A DNA stretch of 64,000 nucleotides from Terriglobia bacterium (GTDB lineage: Bacteria; Acidobacteriota; Terriglobia; 20CM-2-55-15). Within the stretch, counting starts at the first letter, position 1, and the number at the start of each line of letters is the position of its first letter. A program made the position numbers and the translations under genes. The notes under the pieces are model-generated. The model worked only from the letters and a program-made list of their open reading frames with translations, made no database searches and was not told the origin of the DNA. Shown piece by piece: positions 10,553-20,287 of this stretch. The stretch spans positions 17,480-81,479 of the forward strand of contig CBDAOY010000002.1 in the NCBI GenBank assembly GCA_965198225.1, written 5' to 3'.

Positions 10553-10619
10553 GTAGGGGCGGTCTATGACCGCACAACCGCTGGAGGGGAAAGAGTGTGC
10601 GGTCATAGACCGCACCTAC
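10553..10619. repeat. GTAG-type REP doublet (inverted pair)
   Basis: GTAGGGGCGGTCTATGACCGCAC ... GTGCGGTCATAGACCGCACCTAC. Confidence 0.85.
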
Positions 10620-10623
10620 AGGG

Positions 10624-12003
10624 CTATTTTTTCTTCCTCTTCTTCTTCCGTTCCCTGACCCAGCCTTCTTTCACGGCCTGGCGACCCCGCGCGATCGCGA
10701 GCGATTCGGGAGGGACGTCGTCGGTGATCGATGATCCCGCCGCCACATAGGCATCCTTTCCGACACGGACCGGGGCCATCAACTGGCTGTCGCTGCCGAT
10801 AAATGCGCCGTCTTCGATCACGGTCGGGTTCTTGTCGACGCCGTCGTAGTTGCAGGTAATCGTGCCTGCGCCGACGTTGACCTTCTTGCCGATCGTCGCG
10901 TCACCCAGGTAGGTCAGGTGCATTGACTTGGTTCCTTCTCCCAAGGTGGATTTCTTGATTTCCACGAAGTTACCGACCTTGACCTGATTCTCGAGGACAA
11001 CGCCCATCCTCAGGTGCGCGTAGGGTCCGATCTGGACGTCCTCGCTGATCTTCGAGTCGTTCACGACGCAGCCTTCGAGGATCGTCGAGCGGTTGCCGAC
11101 CCGGGAATTCGTCAGACGGCTGAATGACCGCACCGTGACGTCCTCGCCAAGAACGGACCGGCCCTCGATGCAAACTGAAGGATGGATTACCGAGTCCGGC
11201 CCAATCTCCACGTCGGCATCGATCCATGCCGTGTCGGGGTCGACGATCGAAACGCCGGAAACCATCAGCTTTTCGCACTTTCGCCGGCGCATCAAGCCAT
11301 CGATTCGCGCCAGTTCCTGCCGGGAGTTCACCCCGAGAACCTCCGAGGCTTCGTCGGCCTCGAAAGCCCCGAGACGATGTCCGTCACCGGCAAGAATGCC
11401 AACGACGTCGGTCAGATAGTACTCCTCCTGGTCGTTGTCGGTCCTGACGTGGTCGAGCGCGCCGAACAGGAGCGACGTATCGAAGACATAGATGCTGGAG
11501 TTGATCTCGCGTATAGACAGGACGTCCTCTCCGGCGTCCCGATGCTCGGTGATGGCTTCCACCGCCCCATCGGAGCGGCGGACGATCCTTCCGTACCCGG
11601 AAGGATCCGCAACGGTGGCCGTCAAGACGGAGCCTCCGAATCCACCTTCTCGATGAAAGTCGATAAACGCCCGCAGGGTCTCCGGCCGGATGAGAGGGAC
11701 GTCTCCGGGAACGATGAGCAAATGCCCGCCACGCTTCACCAGCGACTCCCGTGCCGCCATCACGGCATGCCCCGTGCCGAGTTGATCCTTCTGTTCGACG
11801 AATTCAACTCCTTCAACGGACTCCCGAACCGCTGCAGCCTGGTGTCCGACGACCACGCTCACCTCTTTTGACACTTGGCGGGTCGAGCGCAGTACGAAAT
11901 CCAGCATCGGTCGACCAGCGACCGGATGGAGCACTTTGGCCTTCTTGGACTTCATCCGGGTGCCTTTGCCGGCGGCTAAGATCAATACGCTCAGGTTGCT
12001 CAT
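10624..12003 (-). CDS. glmU: Bifunctional UDP-GlcNAc pyrophosphorylase/acetyltransferase
   Basis: LAAGKGTRMKS, QLGTGHAV, EYYLTD, GAGTITCNYDG, hexapeptide repeats. Confidence 0.97.
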   Translation of the reverse strand: MSNLSVLILAAGKGTRMKSKKAKVLHPVAGRPMLDFVLRSTRQVSKEVSVVVGHQAAAVRESVEGVEFVEQKDQLGTGHAVMAARESLVKRGGHLLIVPGDVPLIRPETLRAFIDFHREGGFGGSVLTATVADPSGYGRIVRRSDGAVEAITEHRDAGEDVLSIREINSSIYVFDTSLLFGALDHVRTDNDQEEYYLTDVVGILAGDGHRLGAFEADEASEVLGVNSRQELARIDGLMRRRKCEKLMVSGVSIVDPDTAWIDADVEIGPDSVIHPSVCIEGRSVLGEDVTVRSFSRLTNSRVGNRSTILEGCVVNDSKISEDVQIGPYAHLRMGVVLENQVKVGNFVEIKKSTLGEGTKSMHLTYLGDATIGKKVNVGAGTITCNYDGVDKNPTVIEDGAFIGSDSQLMAPVRVGKDAYVAAGSSITDDVPPESLAIARGRQAVKEGWVRERKKKRKKK

Positions 12004-12024
12004 TTCAGAAAGGGTGCGGGCGGC

Positions 12025-12388
12025 CTACCCAGCGGCTTCGAGAACTGCCGCGGCAAGCAGGTCCGAATCATGACGGATCGCGCCATCCTCAGCGAGCAGA
12101 TCGCGCTCCACGAGCCTCAGGCCGAGATTCCCCAGGCGATCACGATCAATTTCCACGGTGCGGGCGTTCTCCTGTTCGTATTTTGTCAGAATACTTCGGG
12201 AAGGGGTGCGGGTATTTACGAGCACGGTCGGAAACAGAACACGTCCACAATGCTCGATCAAAGCTGTCGGTCACCGCAGCGATCACCGACAGCTCTACCG
12301 GTGACTTCTTGAGGCCACGCAAGAGGGTCGACAGACCCGTGCCGCCGCCGATAGAGACTACTCGCGCTCGTCTTACCTCCCGAGCCAT
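12025..12388 (-). pseudogene. yvcK: YvcK/GlmR (UPF0052) with large internal deletion and frameshift
   Basis: N-term VVSIGGGTGLSTLLRGLK...VTD joined near 12265 to C-term DLLAEDGAIRHDSDLLA in another frame. Confidence 0.8.
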
Positions 12389-12391
12389 CGA

Positions 12392-13114
12392 TCAGTTTTC
12401 GTCGGACGTTACCAGCTGGATGAATTCGGAATCTTCGGAGAGAGATTCGAAATCGGAATCGTTTGCCGCTTGGAAACGATTCACATCGCGGTACTGAATC
12501 GCCTTCCTGAGGGACTCCAGCGCCGCATCCCGCTCACCGTCGAGAGCGGACGCCGCGGCAAGAGCATAGTGAACATGGTCAGCCTTTGGGGACAGCTTCA
12601 TCGCGCTTTCGAGATGCTCCCTGGCTGAATCGAACTTGTGCCGGTTCAACTCCGCGACGCCAACTTCGTAGTATTCGTCGGCGGTCTTCAGCTTAGGTGC
12701 CTTGTCTCGCTTCTCCGAGATCCGCTTTTCGCAGGCCTGGACCAGGACGTGGGCGCGGTCGAGCAGTTCCGTTTCGGTGGCGTATTGGCTGATCAGTTCC
12801 TCAAGCTTGGCCTTGGCCCGATCGAACTTCTCCGAATGCATCAACTTGAGGCCGGCTTCGTAAACCTTAACGGCAGAAGCGAAGACTGTCGGCCGCTTGC
12901 GGGATGCCGGGGCCTTCGAAGTCGCTTTCTTGGCGGTCTTCTTCGATGCCTTACCTGCCTGGGCCGACTTCCCCGACCCGGCTGCAGGCCCTACGTTCTT
13001 TGAGGCCTTCTTGTTGCCGGCCGACTTACTCGCCGCTACTTCTCTCTTTTTGCTGGACTTAGCCGCTTTGGGCCGAGCTTTCTGGGCCTTCTTCGCTGCT
13101 TTTCTTGTCGCCAT
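12392..13114 (-). CDS. TPR protein with Lys/Ala-rich basic N-terminus
   Basis: KAAKKA-type low-complexity N-term; TPR-like helices; C-terminal AANDSDFESL. Confidence 0.75.
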   Translation of the reverse strand: MATRKAAKKAQKARPKAAKSSKKREVAASKSAGNKKASKNVGPAAGSGKSAQAGKASKKTAKKATSKAPASRKRPTVFASAVKVYEAGLKLMHSEKFDRAKAKLEELISQYATETELLDRAHVLVQACEKRISEKRDKAPKLKTADEYYEVGVAELNRHKFDSAREHLESAMKLSPKADHVHYALAAASALDGERDAALESLRKAIQYRDVNRFQAANDSDFESLSEDSEFIQLVTSDEN

Positions 13115-13323
13115 AGGATTCGGTGGTCCACCGGGTCAGAAGCGCAACCTTAATGAAACACCGTTCCAAAGTCAAGGCGTCCGCGACGCTGCGGATCGGC
13201 TAACAATATTAGAATCAGCAATTTAAGGAATTTGTTGCGGAGCTGACCGCTTCCGAAGTCCGGTCGATTCGTGAGGGTTCCAGTCGGAACGGTTGGGAGT
13301 CTCAGGAGGGGGTTGGGAGCCCT

Positions 13324-13536
13324 TCAGGACCGGCGTCCGGCGTAGGCCGATTTCGCCCTGGCTTGCGGTTCCGAAGCGGGCTCGGTGTCCACCTTTTGAA
13401 CTTTGGTTTGAACACGCACTTCCTTGGGAGCCTCGATACCGAACCGGACGCGGTTTCGCCCGATCTCGAGAATCGTAATCTCGATGTTGTCAGCGATGAT
13501 GATCTTCTGGTTACGTTTCCGACCAATAATGAGCAC
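13324..13536 (-). CDS. csrA: Carbon storage regulator CsrA-like
   Basis: MLIIGRKRNQKIIIADNIEITILEIGRNRVRFGIEAPKEV; AAGGAG RBS. Confidence 0.85.
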   Translation of the reverse strand: MLIIGRKRNQKIIIADNIEITILEIGRNRVRFGIEAPKEVRVQTKVQKVDTEPASEPQARAKSAYAGRRS

Positions 13537-13909
13537 AACACTCCTTGTTCATTTAGAGGCGGAAGTCGATTCCAAAAATACTAGAAAGAGCACCTCCCTA
13601 CCTAGGAACAAAACTGAGCCCTCGTTCCACCGTGCCTCCTGCCCGTGGCAGCCTTTTCGTATGATCAGCTTCGGCGGTGCCGCTAATTTCACACTGGCTC
13701 TTCTTTTTTTCGGTGTTTTTTGGCAAAATAGCCCCGTTTATTCTGCGGAACGGTGCGCGCTTTCAGCAACGATCGGCGTTTTGGCCGGGGGAGCGTCACG
13801 GCGTTCATCGTTGTCTCGTCGTGGAAACAGGTAGCCTGGCACCTTGTCGGTTCGGAATTTGGTGGCCCGACGCTAACTCTTGCGCTGAAAGGAAGCACTC
13901 ATCCGATCG

Positions 13910-15091
13910 ATGGTCAACCGTTCCGTCTGTTCCCTTCTGCTGACAGCCGTCGTTTTCTGGCCGATCCAGGCCACGGAATCGATCTCCGAGCTCTCGTCTC
14001 TTCGAGAGCCCCTCCGAGTCGAAGCCGACGCCGAGGTCGCCTACCTGAAGGAACTCTCCACCCGAGGGGTGGACTTGTGGGACCAGGGCATCCGGGTCGA
14101 ATCCCTGGACGGTTCCCTGATCTACGCCGACCATCACGGCGACCGGGTCTTCAACCCCGCTTCCGTCATCAAGATCGGGACGACCCTCGCAGCGCTGGAA
14201 CGTTTCGGTCCGAAACACCGGTTCGAAACTTCCTTTTATGTCAATGGCACGATCGACGAAAAAGGGGTTCTCGATGGTGATCTCATCCTCGAAAGCGACG
14301 GGGACCCGGAAATGGGCACGACGGATCTGGTGCGGCTGGCGCGACAGCTCACCCGCAAGGGACTGCGACGCGTCGAAGGCCGGCTCCTGATCGCCGGACC
14401 TTTCACGGTCGGAAACCTGTACTCGAAGAAGTGGGTCACGCGCCACCTGTCTCGAACGCTTCGTCGCATCGGGTTGAGAGTCCCGACCGAGGTCGGGTTC
14501 GGGGAGCGTCGGGGCACACTGATGGCTCAGAGGTTTTCAGAGCCACTGCGGGAGATCCTGTTCTACCAGAACGCCCGCAGCAACAACACGATCGCCGATC
14601 GGCTTGGTGTATCCCTGGGAGGACCTCGCGCAGTAGAGCGGTATCTGGAAACGGAAGTCGGCATCCCGGCCAACCAGGTACGCGTCGTGCGTGCATCGGG
14701 ACTTAGGAGCAACAGGATCACACCGACCGGAACGGTCATGATGCTCCGGAAAATGGTGCGGTGGCTGGAAAAGAACCAGATGTCTCCCGAAGACGTAATG
14801 CCCGTCGCCGGCATCGACCGCGGCACACTCCGTCTGCGATTCAGCGCGCGTGCCCACCGAGGGGCGGTTGTCGCAAAGACGGGCACGCTGGTGGCCACCG
14901 ACGAAGGCATCAGCACTCTCGCCGGCATCCTCTACACGAAAGATCACGGCCCGATGTTGTTCGCGATCTTCAACACACACGGCCCGGTTTTGCAGTACCG
15001 GAAGTTCCAGGACAGGTTCCTGAAAGGACTTCTCGCGGAATACGGTGGGATGCCGCTGGTCAACGCGTCGTCGACCCGATCGGGCAACTAG
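13910..15091 (+). CDS. dacB: D-alanyl-D-alanine carboxypeptidase/endopeptidase (peptidase S13, PBP4)
   Basis: Signal peptide; PASVIK (SxxK), SNN, KTGTL. Confidence 0.88.
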   Translation: MVNRSVCSLLLTAVVFWPIQATESISELSSLREPLRVEADAEVAYLKELSTRGVDLWDQGIRVESLDGSLIYADHHGDRVFNPASVIKIGTTLAALERFGPKHRFETSFYVNGTIDEKGVLDGDLILESDGDPEMGTTDLVRLARQLTRKGLRRVEGRLLIAGPFTVGNLYSKKWVTRHLSRTLRRIGLRVPTEVGFGERRGTLMAQRFSEPLREILFYQNARSNNTIADRLGVSLGGPRAVERYLETEVGIPANQVRVVRASGLRSNRITPTGTVMMLRKMVRWLEKNQMSPEDVMPVAGIDRGTLRLRFSARAHRGAVVAKTGTLVATDEGISTLAGILYTKDHGPMLFAIFNTHGPVLQYRKFQDRFLKGLLAEYGGMPLVNASSTRSGN

Positions 15092-15170
15092 TTGACCCAG
15101 TGCCCTCCTTAACCTCGTCTCCCTGACCTCTCGGCAGGTCCTAAGTTGAGCGGCAATCCCGCTTCCTGGT

Positions 15171-15316
15171 GTAGGTGCGGTCTATGACCATCCCTGTCAA
15201 AACAGTTCGAGGGAAGGGCATCTTGGAGACGCCCGTGTGCAAACGGAGGTGTAGGTGCGGTCTATGACCGCACACTCTTCGAACCGAAATAGGGGCGCTC
15301 ATAGAGCGCCCCTATA
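15171..15316. repeat. GTAG-type REP cluster with a remnant MITE end
   Basis: GTAGGTGCGGTCTATGACC followed by ATCCCTGTCAAAAC; full REP at 15251; GGGGCGCTCATAGAGCGCCCCTA at 15292. Confidence 0.8.
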
Positions 15317-15343
15317 CCCTCGGTAGGGCAAAATGAGTAGAGC

Positions 15344-16243
15344 ATGAGCTTGTTTGATCGTCTGGTTGTCTCCACCCTTCCCTTTGTCCCCAAGACCGTC
15401 GTTGGGATGGTCGCGAGGCGTTACATCGCGGGTGAAACGCCGGAAGAAGCGCTCGCTGCCGCTACGGAGCTCGGCGGCCAGGGCTTCCTGACGACGCTGG
15501 ATATGCTCGGAGAAGACGTCCCCAGCATGGCTCAGGCTCGGGAGGCCGCCAACACGTACGGCTTCCTGCTGGAGGAGATCCAGCGGCTCGGCCTCGAAAC
15601 CAACGTCTCGCTCAAGCCGACTCAGTTCGGTCTGAGATTGGATAAGAACGCATGCCGCGACCTGCTGCGATGGCTGATCGAAAAGGCAGGCGGACACAAC
15701 AACTTCGTCCGTATCGAGATGGAGAACTCGACCTGTACGACCGACACGCTAGAGCTCTACCGGTCGCTGCGGTCAGACTTCGACAACACCGGAATCGTGC
15801 TGCAGGCCTACCTGCGCCGCACCAAGGACGATGCTGCCGCAATCGCGGACATCCCGCCGAACGTGCGGATCGTGAAAGGAGTCTACGTCGAACCGCACAA
15901 GATCGCCTACAAGGAGCCCCGGATCATCAACCAGAACTACATGCACCTCGCCGAGACTCTTCTGCGGAAGGGAGCCTACGTCGCCTTTGCGACACACGAT
16001 GAGTTGCTCGTGTGGGAAGCGTCCCAGCTGGTCGACCGGCTCGGGCTTCCGCCGTCTGCCTACGAATTCCAGATGCTGCTCGGAGTCGAACCACGGCTTC
16101 GCGACGTCGTCCGGGACGCGGGACATCGCATTCGTGTCTACATCCCGTTCGGCAGGGACTGGTACCCGTACTCAGTTCGACGGCTCGGCGAAAACCCCAA
16201 GATCGCCGGATACGTCATGCGGGCAATGCTCCAGCGCCAGTGA
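15344..16243 (+). CDS. Monofunctional proline dehydrogenase
   Basis: RRYIAGET, SLKPTQFG, VLQAYLRRT, RIVKGVY, ATHD, EFQMLLG, YSVRRLGENP. Confidence 0.93.
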   Translation: MSLFDRLVVSTLPFVPKTVVGMVARRYIAGETPEEALAAATELGGQGFLTTLDMLGEDVPSMAQAREAANTYGFLLEEIQRLGLETNVSLKPTQFGLRLDKNACRDLLRWLIEKAGGHNNFVRIEMENSTCTTDTLELYRSLRSDFDNTGIVLQAYLRRTKDDAAAIADIPPNVRIVKGVYVEPHKIAYKEPRIINQNYMHLAETLLRKGAYVAFATHDELLVWEASQLVDRLGLPPSAYEFQMLLGVEPRLRDVVRDAGHRIRVYIPFGRDWYPYSVRRLGENPKIAGYVMRAMLQRQ

Positions 16244-16377
16244 CCTGTAACAGCTGTTACAGGCGACTAGTAGCGTGGTCCCGAATATACGGGCGTGTTA
16301 ATCTAAGAATTTACGGTTGGGCTGGAAACAAGAACCCATTGTCAGGCGGAATTCGGGCCACAGGAGGGTTTCAACCG

Positions 16378-16629
16378 ATGCCGATCTACGACTACCGATG
16401 CGGCGCGTGTGGCCAGGTCTTCGAGAAACTGGTCATGCCCTCGAAGGAACCCGAACTGATCTGCCCTGACTGCGGTTCGAAGGAGGTCGAACGTGTCGCA
16501 TCGCTTCCGACACTGACGGGTACTTCGGCCAAACACGACGTCCTGCAGCGGGAGTACAAGCAGTATCGTAAGAAATGGGTCGAGAACGCCTATATGCCCA
16601 AACCTCCCAAGAAGAAGTCGAACGATTAG
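16378..16629 (+). CDS. FmdB-family zinc-ribbon protein
   Basis: MPIYDYRCGACG...CPDCGS; AGGAGG RBS. Confidence 0.88.
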   Translation: MPIYDYRCGACGQVFEKLVMPSKEPELICPDCGSKEVERVASLPTLTGTSAKHDVLQREYKQYRKKWVENAYMPKPPKKKSND

Positions 16630-16645
16630 TCCTCTCACTCCTCCA

Positions 16646-17560
16646 ATGAAGATCATCCTGCTCGGGACGAGTTCTGCGACTCCAACGCTGTACCGGGGCC
16701 TGTCTTCGACTGCCTTGATTCGTGAAGGAGATGTTTTCCTTTTCGATTGCGGGGAAGGGACACAGATCCAGTTGATGCGTGCCGGCATCCGGCGAAGCAA
16801 GATCCACTCCATCTTCATCGGACATCTCCACGGGGATCATCTTTACGGGATCAACGGCCTGTTGAGCACGCTTCACCTGGACAACCGCGAAACCCCCATC
16901 CGCGTGTTCGGTCCGGAGGGTCTGCTCCGCTTCCTTCATGCCTCGTTCCGTACGAACAACCTGCGTTTCACCTATCCGATCGAGGTTCGGGAATTCCCAA
17001 GGGGCTTTGAGGGTCGGGTCCTGGACGAACGGGAATTCTTCGTCGATGCGATGCCGCTGGATCACTCTATCTTCTGCCTGGGCTGGCGGTTCCAGGAGAA
17101 AGATCGGCCCGGCGTATTCAACCTGGAGAAGGCCCAGGAGTTGGAAATTCCCCCCGGTCCTCTCTTCGGTCGGCTGCAGAACGGTGAACCGATCGCGCTG
17201 CCCGACGGACGCACGATCCAACCGAGCGAAGTACTCGGTGCTCCTCGACCGGGCAAGTCGGTCGCGTACTGCCTCGACACCGAGTTTTCCAAGCGGTCCA
17301 TAGCGCTTGCCGAGAATTGCACGGCCCTTGTCCATGAAACCACGTTCGGACCTGACGGCATCGACATGGCCAAAGATCGAAAGCACTCCACGATGGAAGA
17401 CGCCGCCCGCGTCGCGGCGGAAGCCGGTACTGAGCTGCTCATCGCGACGCACTTCAGCAGTCGTTACGATCATCGTGATGTGAAGCGAATCGCCGACGCC
17501 GCACGGCCGGTTTACGAGAACATCAAGGCCGCGCGGGATCTTCAGGAAATTGAGATTTGA
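16646..17560 (+). CDS. rnz: Ribonuclease Z
   Basis: LGTSSATP, FDCGEGTQ, HLHGDH, exosite IPPGPLFGRL, THFSSRY. Confidence 0.95.
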   Translation: MKIILLGTSSATPTLYRGLSSTALIREGDVFLFDCGEGTQIQLMRAGIRRSKIHSIFIGHLHGDHLYGINGLLSTLHLDNRETPIRVFGPEGLLRFLHASFRTNNLRFTYPIEVREFPRGFEGRVLDEREFFVDAMPLDHSIFCLGWRFQEKDRPGVFNLEKAQELEIPPGPLFGRLQNGEPIALPDGRTIQPSEVLGAPRPGKSVAYCLDTEFSKRSIALAENCTALVHETTFGPDGIDMAKDRKHSTMEDAARVAAEAGTELLIATHFSSRYDHRDVKRIADAARPVYENIKAARDLQEIEI

Positions 17561-17563
17561 TTT

Positions 17564-17629
17564 GTAGGTGCGGTCTATGACCGCACGACCTTTCGGTTTG
17601 ACAAATGTGCGGTCATAGACCGCACCTAC
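17564..17629. repeat. GTAG-type REP doublet between convergent genes
   Basis: GTAGGTGCGGTCTATGACCGCAC ... GTGCGGTCATAGACCGCACCTAC. Confidence 0.88.
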
Positions 17630-17673
17630 ACAGAAAAGTCGCGGGTGTTTGCTTACGCAGGGGTTCGGAAACG

Positions 17674-18954
17674 TTACGCGGGCACTTCTTCGCTAACCAC
17701 GGCTCCTTCCAGCGTCACGCGTTCGGCGTTCGTGACGAGGGCACGGACGGTTCTGCCGGGGCGAACTGGCCGATCCACCTGCATCTTGTAGTTGCCGCGC
17801 GTGCGGCCGAAGTTGTCTTTTTCGACCAGAACTTCTTGAGTTGAACCGATCAGGCCACGCCGCTTCTCCAGACCGATCCGCTCCACCAGTTCCAGACACT
17901 CCCGGTGTCGCTCCTCGATCAGTTCGGTCGGAAAGCAAGGCAGATCCGCGGCAGGAGTTCCCTGTCTCGGAGAGTACTTGAAGACAAACCCCCAGTCGAA
18001 CCCGACCTCTTCGATCAGAGACAGCGTCCGGCGAAAGTCTTCTTCCGTCTCGCCGGGGAAACCCACGATCACGTCGGTTGCGATCGCGATGCCGGGCATC
18101 GCCGAACGCAGTCTGCCGACCAACTCGAGGTAGTGCTCGCGCGTGTAGTTGCGCAGCATGGACTTGAGGATCGAATTCGAACCCGATTGAACGGGCAGGT
18201 GGAGCCCTTCGCAGACCTCCGGCACGCCGGCCATCGCTTCGATGACCCGCACGGTCATGTAGTAGGGATGAGGGCTGATGAAACGGACACGTTCGACCCC
18301 GTCGACCCGGGCGACGGCTTCGAGCAGGTCGGAGAAATCCGTATCGCGTCCCTTCGACCCGTCGCGGTGGTAGGAGTTTACGGTCTGACCGAGCAGGGTG
18401 ATGTCGCGGGCGCCTTCGCCGACACGCTCACGGACTTCCTCGACGACCTCATTCATCGGCTGGTAGCTTTCGCGCCCCCGAACGTAGGGAACGATGCAGT
18501 ACGTGCAGGAGTAGTTGCATCCCCTCATGATGGTCACGAACCTGGAGACCTGGCCGTCTGAGGTGCCGAGTGCGTATTCCAGACTCTCGTCGGTTTCCCG
18601 ACCCTCCAGCAAGCCGTCCACGATCGGGCCGAACTCTTCGATCGAGCGCGCACCGACGACGAGATCGATGTGCGGGAAGCGCGTCTCCAGGAACTCCTTG
18701 GTCCGCTCGGCCGCACATCCGGTGATGACGACCTTCCGGTTCGGCTGCTTTGCCTTCCAGCGGCGAAGCCGGCCGATCTCGGAGAGCGCGCGGTCTTCTG
18801 CATGCTGTCGGACCGTGCAGGTGTTCATCAAATAGACGGACGCCTCGTCCGGGTCCGCGGTGGGCTCGCAGCCTCGTCGGGCGAGATGACGGCCCATCTC
18901 ATCCGAGTCCGCGACATTCATCTGGCAGCCGTAGGTTCTGACGAAATACTTCAT
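17674..18954 (-). CDS. miaB: tRNA methylthiotransferase MiaB
   Basis: TYGCQMNVADS, NTCTVR, GCNYSCTYCIVPYVRG, HLPVQSGS, TRAM-like tail. Confidence 0.93.
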   Translation of the reverse strand: MKYFVRTYGCQMNVADSDEMGRHLARRGCEPTADPDEASVYLMNTCTVRQHAEDRALSEIGRLRRWKAKQPNRKVVITGCAAERTKEFLETRFPHIDLVVGARSIEEFGPIVDGLLEGRETDESLEYALGTSDGQVSRFVTIMRGCNYSCTYCIVPYVRGRESYQPMNEVVEEVRERVGEGARDITLLGQTVNSYHRDGSKGRDTDFSDLLEAVARVDGVERVRFISPHPYYMTVRVIEAMAGVPEVCEGLHLPVQSGSNSILKSMLRNYTREHYLELVGRLRSAMPGIAIATDVIVGFPGETEEDFRRTLSLIEEVGFDWGFVFKYSPRQGTPAADLPCFPTELIEERHRECLELVERIGLEKRRGLIGSTQEVLVEKDNFGRTRGNYKMQVDRPVRPGRTVRALVTNAERVTLEGAVVSEEVPA

Positions 18955-19044
18955 CGCAACCCTGTGATCTTACACGAGCGCCCCGAAAATTGGCACGGAC
19001 CCGAACGAAAACAGCCGTTCATACAGGTAGCGTGCAATCCTTAC

Positions 19045-19110
19045 TTTTATTGTTTTTCAATAAATATATTGACTGTTTATCGATAAATATTTATTGTTTA
19101 TCAATAAAAG
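19045..19110 (+). promoter_or_regulatory. AT-rich promoter with palindromic operators for the DUF2975/XRE operon
   Basis: TTATTGTTTTTCAATAA and TTATTGTTTATCAATAA around a TTGACT -35-like hexamer. Confidence 0.65.
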
Positions 19111-19123
19111 GAGGTTGATCTTT

Positions 19124-19783
19124 ATGGAGGTCATGGGGAAAACATCGATTGCCTCGGTGCTGAAGATCATCATGGACGTACTGTGGTATCTGTCGTTTGC
19201 CGGACTCGCCCTGGTCGGGTTGCTGATGGTCGCCGGGGCATTCACGAGTCCGTCGCTGAACCCGTCTGCACCGTCGATCGACCGCGTCTGGGCAACGATG
19301 ACGGTTCCCGTCGTTTTTGAGCTCGAGGAAGGCAGTTACGAAATACGGGCCGACGCGCTCGGTATCGAAACGGCCGAGATGGGTCAGGCGCTCTCCGAAC
19401 TGAGTTTCGAAGTGCCGCCCGGCTGGTTCTACCAATTGAACATGATGGTCGCGGCGCTGGGTCTCGTGATCATTATGTGGGTCCTCTACCAGCTTCGTGC
19501 CGTGTTCGCGACGCTCAAGGCCGGAACTCCGTTCGTTGGGGCGAACGCCGGCCGAATCCGATGGATCGGTATCGCCATCATCGCGGGAGAAGTGCTGAAG
19601 TCGTTCGTCGTCGGGCTGGAACACTACTACGTCATGACACACTTCTCGTCCGATGGCTTGAATTTCGGCACTTCGTTCGAGATCCAGGGCGTGACGATTA
19701 TCGTCGGGTTCACGGTAATCGTGATCTCTGAAGTCTTCCGCTTGGGCAGTCAGCTCGAACAGGATCAGTCACTGACCGTGTGA
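19124..19783 (+). CDS. DUF2975 membrane protein
   Basis: 4 TM; GTPFVGANAGRIRWIG; SEVFRLGSQLEQDQSLTV. Confidence 0.88.
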   Translation: MEVMGKTSIASVLKIIMDVLWYLSFAGLALVGLLMVAGAFTSPSLNPSAPSIDRVWATMTVPVVFELEEGSYEIRADALGIETAEMGQALSELSFEVPPGWFYQLNMMVAALGLVIIMWVLYQLRAVFATLKAGTPFVGANAGRIRWIGIAIIAGEVLKSFVVGLEHYYVMTHFSSDGLNFGTSFEIQGVTIIVGFTVIVISEVFRLGSQLEQDQSLTV

Positions 19784-19792
19784 GGCGGGACG

Positions 19793-20014
19793 ATGTCCAT
19801 CAAGATCAACCTGGATCGCCTGTTACTCGAAAAACGGGTAACTCTAACGGAGCTGGCCGAGCGCGTCGGGATAACGATCGCGAACCTGTCCATCCTGAAG
19901 ACGAACAAGGCCAAGGCAATCCGCTTCTCGACGCTGGAGGCCCTGTGCCGGGAGTTGGACTGCCAGCCCGGAGACCTGATCGAGCGCCCTGCCGAAGAGG
20001 AAAAAATCGAATAA
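19793..20014 (+). CDS. XRE/YozG-like HTH regulator
   Basis: ELAERVGITIANLSILKTNKAKAIRFSTL...CQPGDL. Confidence 0.92.
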   Translation: MSIKINLDRLLLEKRVTLTELAERVGITIANLSILKTNKAKAIRFSTLEALCRELDCQPGDLIERPAEEEKIE

Positions 20015-20023
20015 GATGGGTCG

Positions 20024-20287
20024 GTGCACGAGATTCCAATCGAAGACACGATCGACCTGCATACTTTCCAGCCAAAAGAAGTTGCGATCGTCGTCGAGGA
20101 GTACCTCTACCAGGCGCTACAGAAGGGACTGACCCAGGTGCGGATCATCCATGGAAGAGGAATCGGCGTGCAGCGCGAGATCGTACACTCCATTCTTAGA
20201 AAGCACGCCGACGTAGTCGAGTTCCACGATCTTCCGGACCGGGGCTCGACGGGGGTGGAGCTGAGGGAGGACGCTTCGCGTCCGTAG
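20024..20287 (+). CDS. Stand-alone Smr domain protein
   Basis: IDLHTF, VRIIHGRGIGVQR. Confidence 0.88.
   Translation: MHEIPIEDTIDLHTFQPKEVAIVVEEYLYQALQKGLTQVRIIHGRGIGVQREIVHSILRKHADVVEFHDLPDRGSTGVELREDASRP

Noticed and set aside
10530-10623. glmS ribozyme upstream of glmS
   Set aside because: The short spacer is fully occupied by a REP doublet
13540-13900. CsrB/Rsm-like sRNA next to csrA
   Set aside because: No series of GGA-loop hairpins is evident
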